Positions 55,210 through 64,000 of a stretch of DNA of 64,000 nucleotides are shown here, piece after piece. The stretch's first letter is position 1. Every line of letters begins with the position of its first letter. Under the pieces are notes generated by a model that did not search any database, was not told the DNA's origin, and worked only from the letters and a program-made list of their open reading frames with translations. The stretch is from an uncultured Bdellovibrio sp. (lineage in GTDB: Bacteria; Bdellovibrionota; Bdellovibrionia; Bdellovibrionales; Bdellovibrionaceae): assembly GCA_963932905.1 (NCBI GenBank), contig CAWVRN010000006.1:64001-128000 (forward strand), given 5' to 3'. Position numbers and translations under genes: made by a program.

Positions 55210-56169
55210 ATGGGTAAATTCGCGCTGTATATAGTTTTAATCGTTTCTCTTCTGTCAAACTTTAAGGCAGATGCCCATTTTAGCCAAGTTCCAAAAAATT
55301 TTTTTGAATTCGAATTGCAAATGACTGAACACAGTATTGGAACTGGTATCACAATGAAGTTTCTTTTAGCTCGCATTTTGCTGAATCCAGAACAAGCAAA
55401 ATATTTTCCCACTCTTTTGAAACACGTTGAATTAATTCAACGTCGCGCGACTCAACATGACCTTTCTAAATTTGCTCATAACGAAGATTTCGTTGAAAAG
55501 TACTACCCAAAAGGCTACACAGCGCCGCTTAGTTCCCTGGTCTTAAAGTCGTATGGGAAAAACATTAGTAAAGAAAACGGCGATACTACACCTGAAGAAG
55601 CGGCCGCATTGAAAAACGCGTTCAAGCAAATCAATATTATTGACGACCGCCTTTTAGATGAACTTGTGGATGATTACACGAAGGATAAAAATTTTTCTAT
55701 TGAAGAAATCGCGCAATTGAAAGCAGAACTCTATCAATTCGAACACATGGCTGATTTACTGAATAGACAACTTTTTGAAAATCTATATCGATTTAGAAAA
55801 AATTACGGACACCAAAGTCGCATTACCGAAGTTTTGGAATTTGGGCGACCATTCAAATTAGACAACGGTGACAAAGAACATTGGAACTCAGGCGATCACA
55901 CACGCGAAATCGCTGTTTCCTATTTGCGCTCACCCACTTTGATTAGTCAAATCGCAAACGTAAACCCATGGACCGTCGTGCAGACTTATATGCACCACAC
56001 TGAAAATTCGCCTTTCCTTAGAAATGAGCTGGCTATTGGGCAGCGATATGAAGCTATCATCGAATATGTCGCGAATCGAGAATCTATAAAGAAAGCAGAA
56101 GCCAAATATCTTCATAAAAAAGCGACTAGAAAGATCCTTAACCAATGCCTTTTCTTCTATGGCGGCTAA
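55210..56169 (+). CDS. Secreted hypothetical protein with HD-like motif
   Basis: Signal peptide MGKFAL...ADA; EH...QHDLSK...HMAD; ends NQCLFFYGG; start moved to ATG 55210. Confidence 0.7.
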   Translation: MGKFALYIVLIVSLLSNFKADAHFSQVPKNFFEFELQMTEHSIGTGITMKFLLARILLNPEQAKYFPTLLKHVELIQRRATQHDLSKFAHNEDFVEKYYPKGYTAPLSSLVLKSYGKNISKENGDTTPEEAAALKNAFKQINIIDDRLLDELVDDYTKDKNFSIEEIAQLKAELYQFEHMADLLNRQLFENLYRFRKNYGHQSRITEVLEFGRPFKLDNGDKEHWNSGDHTREIAVSYLRSPTLISQIANVNPWTVVQTYMHHTENSPFLRNELAIGQRYEAIIEYVANRESIKKAEAKYLHKKATRKILNQCLFFYGG

Positions 56170-56249
56170 GACAGTTGTCTAACTTTCTACACCCCCAAAA
56201 GCCTCTATTACGTCTGTATTTGACCTAAAAAGCCATTAAAGTGTCCCCT

Positions 56250-56266
56250 TAGGCATAAGCCGTGCA
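56250..56266 (+). promoter_or_regulatory. Candidate sigma54 promoter
   Basis: TAGGCATAAGCCGTGCA = GG-N10-GC. Confidence 0.45.
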
Positions 56267-56278
56267 ACCCAATAACAT

Positions 56279-57211
56279 ATGAGAATTATTGAAAGAAAAC
56301 TAACAGAAATTGGTGAATTTTTCGCGCGCGATATCTTGTCATTTGCCATCCTAATTTTCCTCAGTGCATTTTTACTCAATCACCTGGCTTCGGCAGCTCC
56401 AGTAAGAAGTGCAAGCTCTATCACTCAAAAATTAAAAACTAAAAAATACATAGAAGAGCGACCAACAAGTTATTTATCCAGTGGTCTTAAGTTTCACGGT
56501 AGCGAACAAGTATTAAAATCTTGGCAGGTAACCCTGGGACTAAACACAGCACAGAAAACGCAAAGTACGTATGGAATCAACACGGAAACTTCAATCAAAT
56601 TTAACGAGAACTCCAGTTTCAAGGGTTTACTAAACTACACCCAGTATTCTAAAAATGAGCTTCAAAATGATGTCTCCGATTTGCTGATGAACTACTATTT
56701 CATGAAGAGCAAACTATCCTCTATGAACCTATCTCCCTATCTAACCTCCACCGTTCCACTATCCAAAGATTCGACCCAGCGTCAGTTTTTAAATTTTGGC
56801 GTCGGTTTAGGAACCAAGCTCTCCAGCCAATCATATTTGGGCAGTGGAATTCTGTCGACGTCAGGCAGTGTTTCGATTCAGAAGTATTTCCATAAATACG
56901 AAATCGCCATCAATAACTTTTCAAATACGTCGCATGTTTCTAATCAACAAATATCTACCGGTTGGGAATATAAGCAATTTGGTTTAGCGCTTCAGTTACG
57001 CCACATCAATTCATGGAACTATGCTGGCGTAGCAAAAGATTCTTTCTTTCATATGCAAACTTTTTCATGGAATATCAACAGACAGTTTTCTGTATCGGCT
57101 GGCCAAACAAGCTATGGAACTGTTATTTCACCTGACCAAGAAGAAGTCGAAGTTCGCGTTATCGATGACAACGCATCGGCTTTCTTTATTTCAACCAACT
57201 ACATTTTCTGA
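56279..57211 (+). CDS. Putative outer-membrane beta-barrel protein
   Basis: Hydrophobic N-terminal segment, Ser/Thr/Gly/aromatic alternating strands, C-terminal NYIF; start uncertain. Confidence 0.65.
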   Translation: MRIIERKLTEIGEFFARDILSFAILIFLSAFLLNHLASAAPVRSASSITQKLKTKKYIEERPTSYLSSGLKFHGSEQVLKSWQVTLGLNTAQKTQSTYGINTETSIKFNENSSFKGLLNYTQYSKNELQNDVSDLLMNYYFMKSKLSSMNLSPYLTSTVPLSKDSTQRQFLNFGVGLGTKLSSQSYLGSGILSTSGSVSIQKYFHKYEIAINNFSNTSHVSNQQISTGWEYKQFGLALQLRHINSWNYAGVAKDSFFHMQTFSWNINRQFSVSAGQTSYGTVISPDQEEVEVRVIDDNASAFFISTNYIF

Positions 57212-60200
57212 TTCACGCTCTTGTATAAAACTATCAAAATATGGTCCTGCGGGCTTCACCTGATAGGTCAAATGATCCACCTTCTTTTGATCAACATAAT
57301 CAATTACTAGGTCAAATGTTATCGTTGAAGGCATTTTCTTTATGAACGCCAAACACTGCGCATAGAACATCAACTGTTTAGAATATACATCCGTGTGAAC
57401 CGAACGCCCTGATTTGTAATCGATAATCAAAACACGATCACCATCAAAGAATACGAAATCGACTGAACCTACGATTTGATAATCACCATATTGAAAAGTA
57501 AATCGATACTCGCGCAATCCTCGTGCAAACAGCTGGTCTAAACTGTCCTTATATGCCAAAGAAGGGTAATATGAAAAATCGAATAGACCTTTTTCACGAC
57601 GGAGATGAGTTTCAATACCTTTTTGTGAAATAATCACATCGCGCAGTTTCGCTTGCCGCTGGCCACTAGATGAACTGAATGATAATGGTCTTTTAGTTTC
57701 CACATTACTCATTTTCATATTCAACTGATTTAGAAAGGGCGTTACGTTTTTACCACTGTCTTTGTTATCAGCTTTTGCAAAAGTACTTTTTTGTGGCAAA
57801 AAGCTTTCATCAACAAAACTATTCGCATCGATAGTTTGCCAATCCATTGAAAAAGATAACGATTCCTTGTTCATCAAATATTGATGGTAGAAATCCTTAA
57901 TTTGATACGCCCATGACGATTCAGAAAGTTTGTTTTGAGTCAAAGTAAACAACGACACCATTTTTTTTGCGCGAGTGAGGGCCACATACAGAAGTCGTTC
58001 AAACTCTTCAGCTTCACGTTCTTTTTGCAGTGCCCACTGTCGCCAATAAATAGGACTGCGAATTTTATCATCTTTATCCTTATTTTTAACAAAAATAGAA
58101 AACTGCTTTGTTTCAGTATCGACATCAAGCACATAACGACCACGTGTGCGCTGTGGAGCATGCATACCTATCACGATAACGTGGTCAAACTGTAGACCTT
58201 TAGATGCATGGATCGTCATCATCTGAATTTTTTTTGGCTCAACAATAGCTTGCGACTCGCTCTCTTCATAGGCATCATTTTTATTAGGATCAAGGACGCC
58301 ATCCAATTGGACTAAAAAAGATTCTAAACCTTTAGCAAACTCTTCACGCATCCAATAAAAACACTTCCATAAATTTGATTCTCGTTTACCAGACGAATCT
58401 ACTAAATGATTGAGGACAAATGAAGCCTCATTTATAGCGAATAATTCTGTCGTTTCAACGATACCCAATTCGTTACTTTTCTTTAGATAGATATTCAACT
58501 TTTCTAAATCCAAAATCACTTTAGATGTGAATTTATCGGAACTAGCTATCAAATTTTCCCACGACCTAAAATGATGCGTCACCAGCTTAATATCGTCCGG
58601 GTTCATCCCCACAGCTGGCGTCTTCAATAAAAACGACAAATTATTAACATCATCTGGTCGAACTAGAAAACGAACAAAAAATAAAATATCCAAAATCTCG
58701 CGCTGCCTAAAAAACTGTCCTTGGCTATGAACATAGTGAGGAATACCTAGTATTTCCAATTCCGTAGCCAAATTTTCCAGATCGCGATTTGTCCTTGATA
58801 GAACCACGACGTCTTCTAGTTTGATTTCGGGATGGGTATGAACCAGTTTAGCAATTTGTTTCGCCGACAGCGCCGCACTCTCTGTTTTGTCCATAATTTC
58901 AAAAACATTAACGTCTTGTCGAAGCGAAACTTTGTCTTTAATAGGAACCATTTTCTGAAACTGATTATACTGCCTAGAAAAAAACTCATTAATGAAGTTT
59001 AGTACTCCAAAATGAGATCGATAGTTGTTATCAAGTACTTCCACTTGTCCAGACGTCTTCAATTCGTTCATTTTTCCATCAAACACTCTAGAATCAGATC
59101 CGCGGAAATAATAAATACTTTGCTGTGGATCACCTACATAAAACACGCGCGCTTTTCCTATCAGCTGATTCAACAATGTAATTTGGATGGGGCTGGTGTC
59201 TTGGAATTCATCGACCATCCAGAAATCCCATTTTTTGGAAAATTGTTCGAATAAATAGGGCTTTGTTTCCAAAACTCTAAAACACAATGTTTCAATATCC
59301 GAAATAGAAATTTCCTGCGACTCTCTTTGATCGGCGTCAACGGCACTGAAATACTTCTCTGCAATTTCTACAAACGTAGTTTGCAAAAGCTCAAAAGAAT
59401 CTAAAAAATTTTCGTGGTAGTTCTTTTCCCGGTATTCACGCAACTTCTTGATAGCCGAAACAAACCGAACTTGCGATGAAATCAGCCCCTCATCTCCTTT
59501 CTTCGCAATCGTGGGCAGCCGAGGCAATGTATCTTCCCAGGCAAGTAGATCCACCACTATTTTTTCGTCGTCAGAATCTATACGAGGAAATCCCTGTAAA
59601 GAGTTTGTCCAAGCCTCTGTTAACTTTGAACTTTGCAACATGCCTATGCTTGATCTGAATTCAGATACAAAATCTTGGCGAAGGGTATTTAAATAGGCCT
59701 GAAACGATTCACGATCTAGGCTGTGCAAATTGCCCATCGTCAATTTAAACTGGCGGAAATCACAAACCAGTGAATAGAGTTCTGATAGAGTGAACGTATC
59801 TAACAGCACCACAGCCGTAGGTTCTTCATTCACAATCTTTCGGAATAATTTCTGTTGTCGACGAGCGATGTCGGCTTCGTTTATAACCGCAAAGTCTTTC
59901 GTTAGTCCAAACTCTGCCTGGTTCTGCCCCAAAAATAAGTGCAAAACACCATGAATGGTTGAAACCAATAGGTTCGCCTTAGCATTGATGAAATTGAAAA
60001 ACTCGACATCGTTGGTCTCAATCGCCTTCTTTAGTAACCGTTCGTTAATCTCTTGAGTCGCTTTATTTGAAAATGTGGTAAGGACGACTCGGGGCCAAGC
60101 TTCATTTGCTTGTTTATGGCTGTGGAAGAAGCCATACACCTCGTTAATTAAACGAGTCGTTTTACCGGCCCCGGCCCCGGCACGAATCAATACATTTTTA

Positions 60201-60235
60201 TTTACAAATGGGGCGCTCTGCACGACAGCCTCCAT
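57191..60235 (-). CDS. addA: AddA-like UvrD helicase/nuclease
   Basis: AGAGAGKT, VDEFQDTS, VGDPQQSIY.FRG, TIHASKGLQF, YVALTRA; C-terminal GSVD...IIDYKSG. Confidence 0.9.
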   Translation of the reverse strand: MEAVVQSAPFVNKNVLIRAGAGAGKTTRLINEVYGFFHSHKQANEAWPRVVLTTFSNKATQEINERLLKKAIETNDVEFFNFINAKANLLVSTIHGVLHLFLGQNQAEFGLTKDFAVINEADIARRQQKLFRKIVNEEPTAVVLLDTFTLSELYSLVCDFRQFKLTMGNLHSLDRESFQAYLNTLRQDFVSEFRSSIGMLQSSKLTEAWTNSLQGFPRIDSDDEKIVVDLLAWEDTLPRLPTIAKKGDEGLISSQVRFVSAIKKLREYREKNYHENFLDSFELLQTTFVEIAEKYFSAVDADQRESQEISISDIETLCFRVLETKPYLFEQFSKKWDFWMVDEFQDTSPIQITLLNQLIGKARVFYVGDPQQSIYYFRGSDSRVFDGKMNELKTSGQVEVLDNNYRSHFGVLNFINEFFSRQYNQFQKMVPIKDKVSLRQDVNVFEIMDKTESAALSAKQIAKLVHTHPEIKLEDVVVLSRTNRDLENLATELEILGIPHYVHSQGQFFRQREILDILFFVRFLVRPDDVNNLSFLLKTPAVGMNPDDIKLVTHHFRSWENLIASSDKFTSKVILDLEKLNIYLKKSNELGIVETTELFAINEASFVLNHLVDSSGKRESNLWKCFYWMREEFAKGLESFLVQLDGVLDPNKNDAYEESESQAIVEPKKIQMMTIHASKGLQFDHVIVIGMHAPQRTRGRYVLDVDTETKQFSIFVKNKDKDDKIRSPIYWRQWALQKEREAEEFERLLYVALTRAKKMVSLFTLTQNKLSESSWAYQIKDFYHQYLMNKESLSFSMDWQTIDANSFVDESFLPQKSTFAKADNKDSGKNVTPFLNQLNMKMSNVETKRPLSFSSSSGQRQAKLRDVIISQKGIETHLRREKGLFDFSYYPSLAYKDSLDQLFARGLREYRFTFQYGDYQIVGSVDFVFFDGDRVLIIDYKSGRSVHTDVYSKQLMFYAQCLAFIKKMPSTITFDLVIDYVDQKKVDHLTYQVKPAGPYFDSFIQERESENVVG

Positions 60236-62997
60236 TCACAATACTGACATTTTTTTTCATCTGCCGGGTTCGGGAAAAAATGACCTTCGCGCATTTGCTG
60301 GATCATTTCTTGAAACTGTAGCAGAAATTCGGCTTCCACTTTTTCTTTGTCTTCAACAGAACCAATTGATTTTTTAGCGTAACCGAGTTCAAAAAGTCTA
60401 GGGTCAGAAACTGCGAAGCCCTTTTTGTTACTTAAATCTGGCAATTGCCAATACGTCAGATTCTCCACTTTCCCCGCCCAAGGTTCCTTACTGTAACTTT
60501 GAACTATATGGTTATACAGCAGCAGCTGGAATTCTTTCTTTTCAATCCAGTTAATATACGACGAATAGTTTTTCAAACTGGATTTGTAATCAACCAACCA
60601 CAAATGGCCAGTTCGTTGATTAAGTAAAATGCGATCAATGACTCCCGAAATCTTTACTGTATCCGGCGTCTGCATCTGACTAAACTCGTATCGCTTCCAA
60701 TCATAATAAATTTCCCATGGCCATTCGACGGCGACACTTTTTAAATCTGGAAAATGACTGCGCAGTTTAATTTCATGATCGATAAACTTAATAACATTTT
60801 CAAAATAGGACTTGCGAACTAACTTCCAAGTCGATTCACCAAACCCAACGGGCAAGACCGACGCGAAATCAGTTTGCAGACGATCTAATAAAGCTAATCG
60901 ACCTGCTTCTCCTAGTCCGTTTGCAATCAAAGGCGTGATATAAACATCTTCCTGCTTAATAATTTGCTCAAATATCGAGTGATACCAACTGCCTTTATCG
61001 CGTGCATTGACATCAAAACTTTCAGCTTCAACGCTTTTTAATCGTAGCACACGTTGAAAATAAAATTTCTGGCGGCAATCCAAAAATGTCTGAATCGAAG
61101 ATGGCGACAAAGATATTTCATTCAAAGCAAAATGCGGAACGGGTGTCGCTAACTCCGGCCTCGCATCCCATTTTTGAACATCGATTTTAAAATCCTGATG
61201 ACGATGGTGTAGCCACTGGGAATCATCATTAGAAATCAACCAATCCCACAAAATCGGTGGCGGCGTATCCATTTCTTGTTCAATCAGTTTCTGTTCAAAG
61301 GCACGACTCTGCCACAAAGGCGCAGGGTTTTGGATACGCGAATCTATCCCTTTATAAGGATAAGAGAGAGCCACTTCATCGCTGACTTGTACTAACAGAT
61401 CTTCAAGCAAAAATGAGTTTAAACTTAGATCCGGATGCTCAAGATAGATACCCAGTTCGCTACCCAATGTGTATATGTCTTCCGTTGGTATGGCTTCCTT
61501 AAATTTGCTAGCAAACGCACTTTCATCAAGGCCTATGACAACGACATTCTTCTGATTAAACAATGAAACCTGAGAGAGTGAATTCAACTGAATCCCCGCG
61601 GAATCTTTACCACTCACGGTGACGTTAGCCTGAAGTGCAATTTTTTCGATTTGCTCAACCCACTCACGTGGGTGCAGCTTTACGTCCGGTGAAGACGTAT
61701 CAAATAAAGAATTTAGGATTCTTTCTTTTCGCTCGCCAAGCCCCATGCGTTCCCAAAAGATTTCAGTTTGTCTAACGAAATCATGGGCGCTGACTTCAGT
61801 GTTCCTGAATTGAATTAAACGTTCCAGGGGGAATCCTAAGTGTTGGCTAAAAAAATCTGGAACCCATTTTTGAACTAACTCTAAAAAAGCATCGGCCGAC
61901 AAAAATGGGGAGTTTAATTTTTCTTCCAGTTTATTGAACGGAGTCGATTTATTGCCAGCACAAAATCTTACCAACGATTCTTTTACAGAAGAGAATTCGA
62001 TATTTAACTTAAAAAATGACAAATCCGAAAGCAACTCGCGAATATCTTTGAATTCTAAATAGATTGATTTTTTTACTTGGTTAACAGGAACACCTTCAGC
62101 CAATAACTGCCAATGCAATATGTCAGCGTACTTTCGGATATCTGGGGCCACGATAGACATTTGGTTCCAGGCGATTCCTGAATTTTTCCAGGATTTTATT
62201 TTTCCCACTGCATAGCGTACTTCAGAGACCGCCGACGAAAATTTCTTTAGTTCAACAGCAGCCAATGGCGGTTTATCTTTGGATTTATTTTCCGAAGTAT
62301 CAAATCGCTCGTAGGCTTGCACCAAATGGTTATAGTGTTCATCAAAGGCATGCACAGTTTGGAACAGTGTTATTTCGTGATTTCTAGCTAATTTCTGAAT
62401 CAAACTAGCTTCCAGCATTCCATAGTCCGCCCCCAAATCAAAAAATAGGCGCGACATCGGTAGTTTCAAATTCGTCAGATCGGCCATTTGTAACTGTGCC
62501 ACAAGCCAGTCTTCACAAACGATTTGGGCATCTAAAAAATACGACAAAAATAGTTTATTCAATAACAGATCAGGTTTTAGACGAAGTTTTCGTTCTTCCG
62601 AAACATTCAGCCACTCTTCAAGTTTAGTTTCGTCTAAATCAGGATCGAACAACAAAGAGGAATAGTAAGTAATACTACGAAGACGACTTTTCTCGTCAAT
62701 AACATCAATATCTAAGTCAGTCTTTAAATTTTGCAGTTTCCGTTTCAAAAAAATTTGGGCAAAGTCACGTGATACAATTTTGAAATTTGGGAATGCACGT
62801 TCATGCACCATTTTAAAAAACGAACGGTGCCACTGAACACTTACATCTAAAAAGTAGCCATCACGCGACAATACGTGCTGAGACATATAATCTCGATCAC
62901 TGGCTTTGGAAACTATCCACGATTCTTTTTCGACATCAATATTTTGGAAGTGTTCCCAAACCTGATTTTTTGAATGTATTTTAATCAGTTTTAGCAC
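60202..62997 (-). CDS. addB: AddB-like PD-(D/E)XK nuclease with Fe-S staple Cys
   Basis: LSPSSI...DC, GVIDRI..LVDYKS, CQYCEWRLSC; adjacent to addA. Confidence 0.85.
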   Translation of the reverse strand: MLKLIKIHSKNQVWEHFQNIDVEKESWIVSKASDRDYMSQHVLSRDGYFLDVSVQWHRSFFKMVHERAFPNFKIVSRDFAQIFLKRKLQNLKTDLDIDVIDEKSRLRSITYYSSLLFDPDLDETKLEEWLNVSEERKLRLKPDLLLNKLFLSYFLDAQIVCEDWLVAQLQMADLTNLKLPMSRLFFDLGADYGMLEASLIQKLARNHEITLFQTVHAFDEHYNHLVQAYERFDTSENKSKDKPPLAAVELKKFSSAVSEVRYAVGKIKSWKNSGIAWNQMSIVAPDIRKYADILHWQLLAEGVPVNQVKKSIYLEFKDIRELLSDLSFFKLNIEFSSVKESLVRFCAGNKSTPFNKLEEKLNSPFLSADAFLELVQKWVPDFFSQHLGFPLERLIQFRNTEVSAHDFVRQTEIFWERMGLGERKERILNSLFDTSSPDVKLHPREWVEQIEKIALQANVTVSGKDSAGIQLNSLSQVSLFNQKNVVVIGLDESAFASKFKEAIPTEDIYTLGSELGIYLEHPDLSLNSFLLEDLLVQVSDEVALSYPYKGIDSRIQNPAPLWQSRAFEQKLIEQEMDTPPPILWDWLISNDDSQWLHHRHQDFKIDVQKWDARPELATPVPHFALNEISLSPSSIQTFLDCRQKFYFQRVLRLKSVEAESFDVNARDKGSWYHSIFEQIIKQEDVYITPLIANGLGEAGRLALLDRLQTDFASVLPVGFGESTWKLVRKSYFENVIKFIDHEIKLRSHFPDLKSVAVEWPWEIYYDWKRYEFSQMQTPDTVKISGVIDRILLNQRTGHLWLVDYKSSLKNYSSYINWIEKKEFQLLLYNHIVQSYSKEPWAGKVENLTYWQLPDLSNKKGFAVSDPRLFELGYAKKSIGSVEDKEKVEAEFLLQFQEMIQQMREGHFFPNPADEKKCQYCEWRLSCRAPHL

Positions 62998-63021
62998 GTT
63001 AAAACGCTTTCAATACAAAGC

Positions 63022-64000
63022 CTAGCGGCGTTGTTTTAGATTTCTTTTCTTACCTTCTTTTGAATAGAAATTAAAGTTTGCGTCAACAGATAAGTCAATA
63101 CTTAAGCTTAAAAGAATTTGATCTTCCGGAGTTTGCCCCGGGTATTCGCCGGCTTCAGTTTTAAACATAGCCGCATCAACATTCAAAAATAAAAAGCTGA
63201 ATCCAGCACCCATCGTTGGATACCCCTGGCTGGAGCCCACGCGAAGGTCAATCAGAGGCAGAGACAATTCAAAACCCGTATGCAATTTTTTGCCAATTTG
63301 CACGCCGGTATCGTTAATGTGTCGGTACTCAAACCCAGCTGATAAATCAATACCGGGGAGATCTAAAATTAACCCAGCACCTGCTTGTAAATTGTCTTTG
63401 ATTCTTGGAGGCGCATCATTACCCGTCGTCTTGGTAAACGCAGTCGATCCCACATCTTGCCACACAACGGAAAAAGACGGTGACAATCGACCAGGAATTT
63501 TAGTCATTAACGCCAGATCACCACCATAACCAACGCCCTTATTTTCAAATTCATTTTGCAATGCCGCTGAGTTTCCCTGAGCGATCGTACTTAGACCTAC
63601 GGTCTGATATCCACCCCAGCGATTGATTCGTTTGAATGCCACGCCTAACGAAGTCAATGGTGCAATTGGAAACGCACCCGCAACAACAAGTCCGTAGTCA
63701 TTGAAGAAACTCATATCAATATTTGGAAAAGCCGTATTTCTAAGAATCAAAGACACCTGAGCATCGTCATAAATCGACACACCGAAATTAGGCATGATCG
63801 CAGAAATTCGACCATTACCACCCAGTCTTATTTTTTTTCCAAAAAATTTATCGTAGTCAGAAACAGTACTCACCGAACCGGAATCCTGATAGGTTTTGAT
63901 CGTATCAAGGCCATTGATCCCCAATCCAATATTGGCGACCTCGACGGCGATACCGCTAACGTATCCAAGAGCTGCAGGATTAATTGTTGGCGCATCTGTA
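63022..64000 (-). CDS. Outer-membrane beta-barrel protein, TraF/FadL-like (5' end outside window)
   Basis: Frame open to the window end; NPAALG plug-like motif, amphipathic strands, E.GEYPGQ. Confidence 0.6.
   Translation of the reverse strand, partial: TDAPTINPAALGYVSGIAVEVANIGLGINGLDTIKTYQDSGSVSTVSDYDKFFGKKIRLGGNGRISAIMPNFGVSIYDDAQVSLILRNTAFPNIDMSFFNDYGLVVAGAFPIAPLTSLGVAFKRINRWGGYQTVGLSTIAQGNSAALQNEFENKGVGYGGDLALMTKIPGRLSPSFSVVWQDVGSTAFTKTTGNDAPPRIKDNLQAGAGLILDLPGIDLSAGFEYRHINDTGVQIGKKLHTGFELSLPLIDLRVGSSQGYPTMGAGFSFLFLNVDAAMFKTEAGEYPGQTPEDQILLSLSIDLSVDANFNFYSKEGKKRNLKQRR

Noticed and set aside
57191..62997. Helicase plus nuclease pair as an anti-phage or Cas4-type system
   Set aside because: Size, order and motifs fit housekeeping AddAB recombination genes.

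Overview
Gene-dense, AT-rich bacterial chromosome segment, most likely from a predatory Bdellovibrionota (Bdellovibrio/Pseudobdellovibrio-like). This assignment is inferred from an 'FQNC' lipoprotein, GYF-PilZ and vWA lipoproteins, a degenerate GGDEF protein resembling CdgA, and a nuoB-CD-E-F-G-I operon lacking the membrane-arm genes. It is mostly core genome: xer (partial), recO, nuo, S8 protease, gcdH-like ACAD, korAB, phnDCE, rsmI, hrpB, cysE, yhaM-like, purH, mlaEFD, alr, nadB, rnhA, lon and addAB, interspersed with lineage-specific secreted proteins. I found no rRNA, tRNA, CRISPR array, transposase or prophage, and no single obvious novel multi-gene system. The best leads are: (i) an IscS-fold pseudoenzyme that has lost its PLP residues but kept the persulfide Cys, next to recO; (ii) a ~105-bp palindromic element with mirror-image codon-position-3 skew on both flanks; (iii) a probable trans-envelope MlaD with a C-terminal beta-barrel; (iv) candidate sigma54 promoters in front of secreted orphan enzymes (HD-domain, atypical PLD), two of which share a C-terminal C-x-x-F-Y motif; (v) a c-di-GMP/GYF signalling set, partly behind sigma28-like promoters; and (vi) a 25-bp hairpin tandem array spanning the stop codon of an aromatic-rich small gene. 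All product calls come from motif recognition by eye, not database searches.
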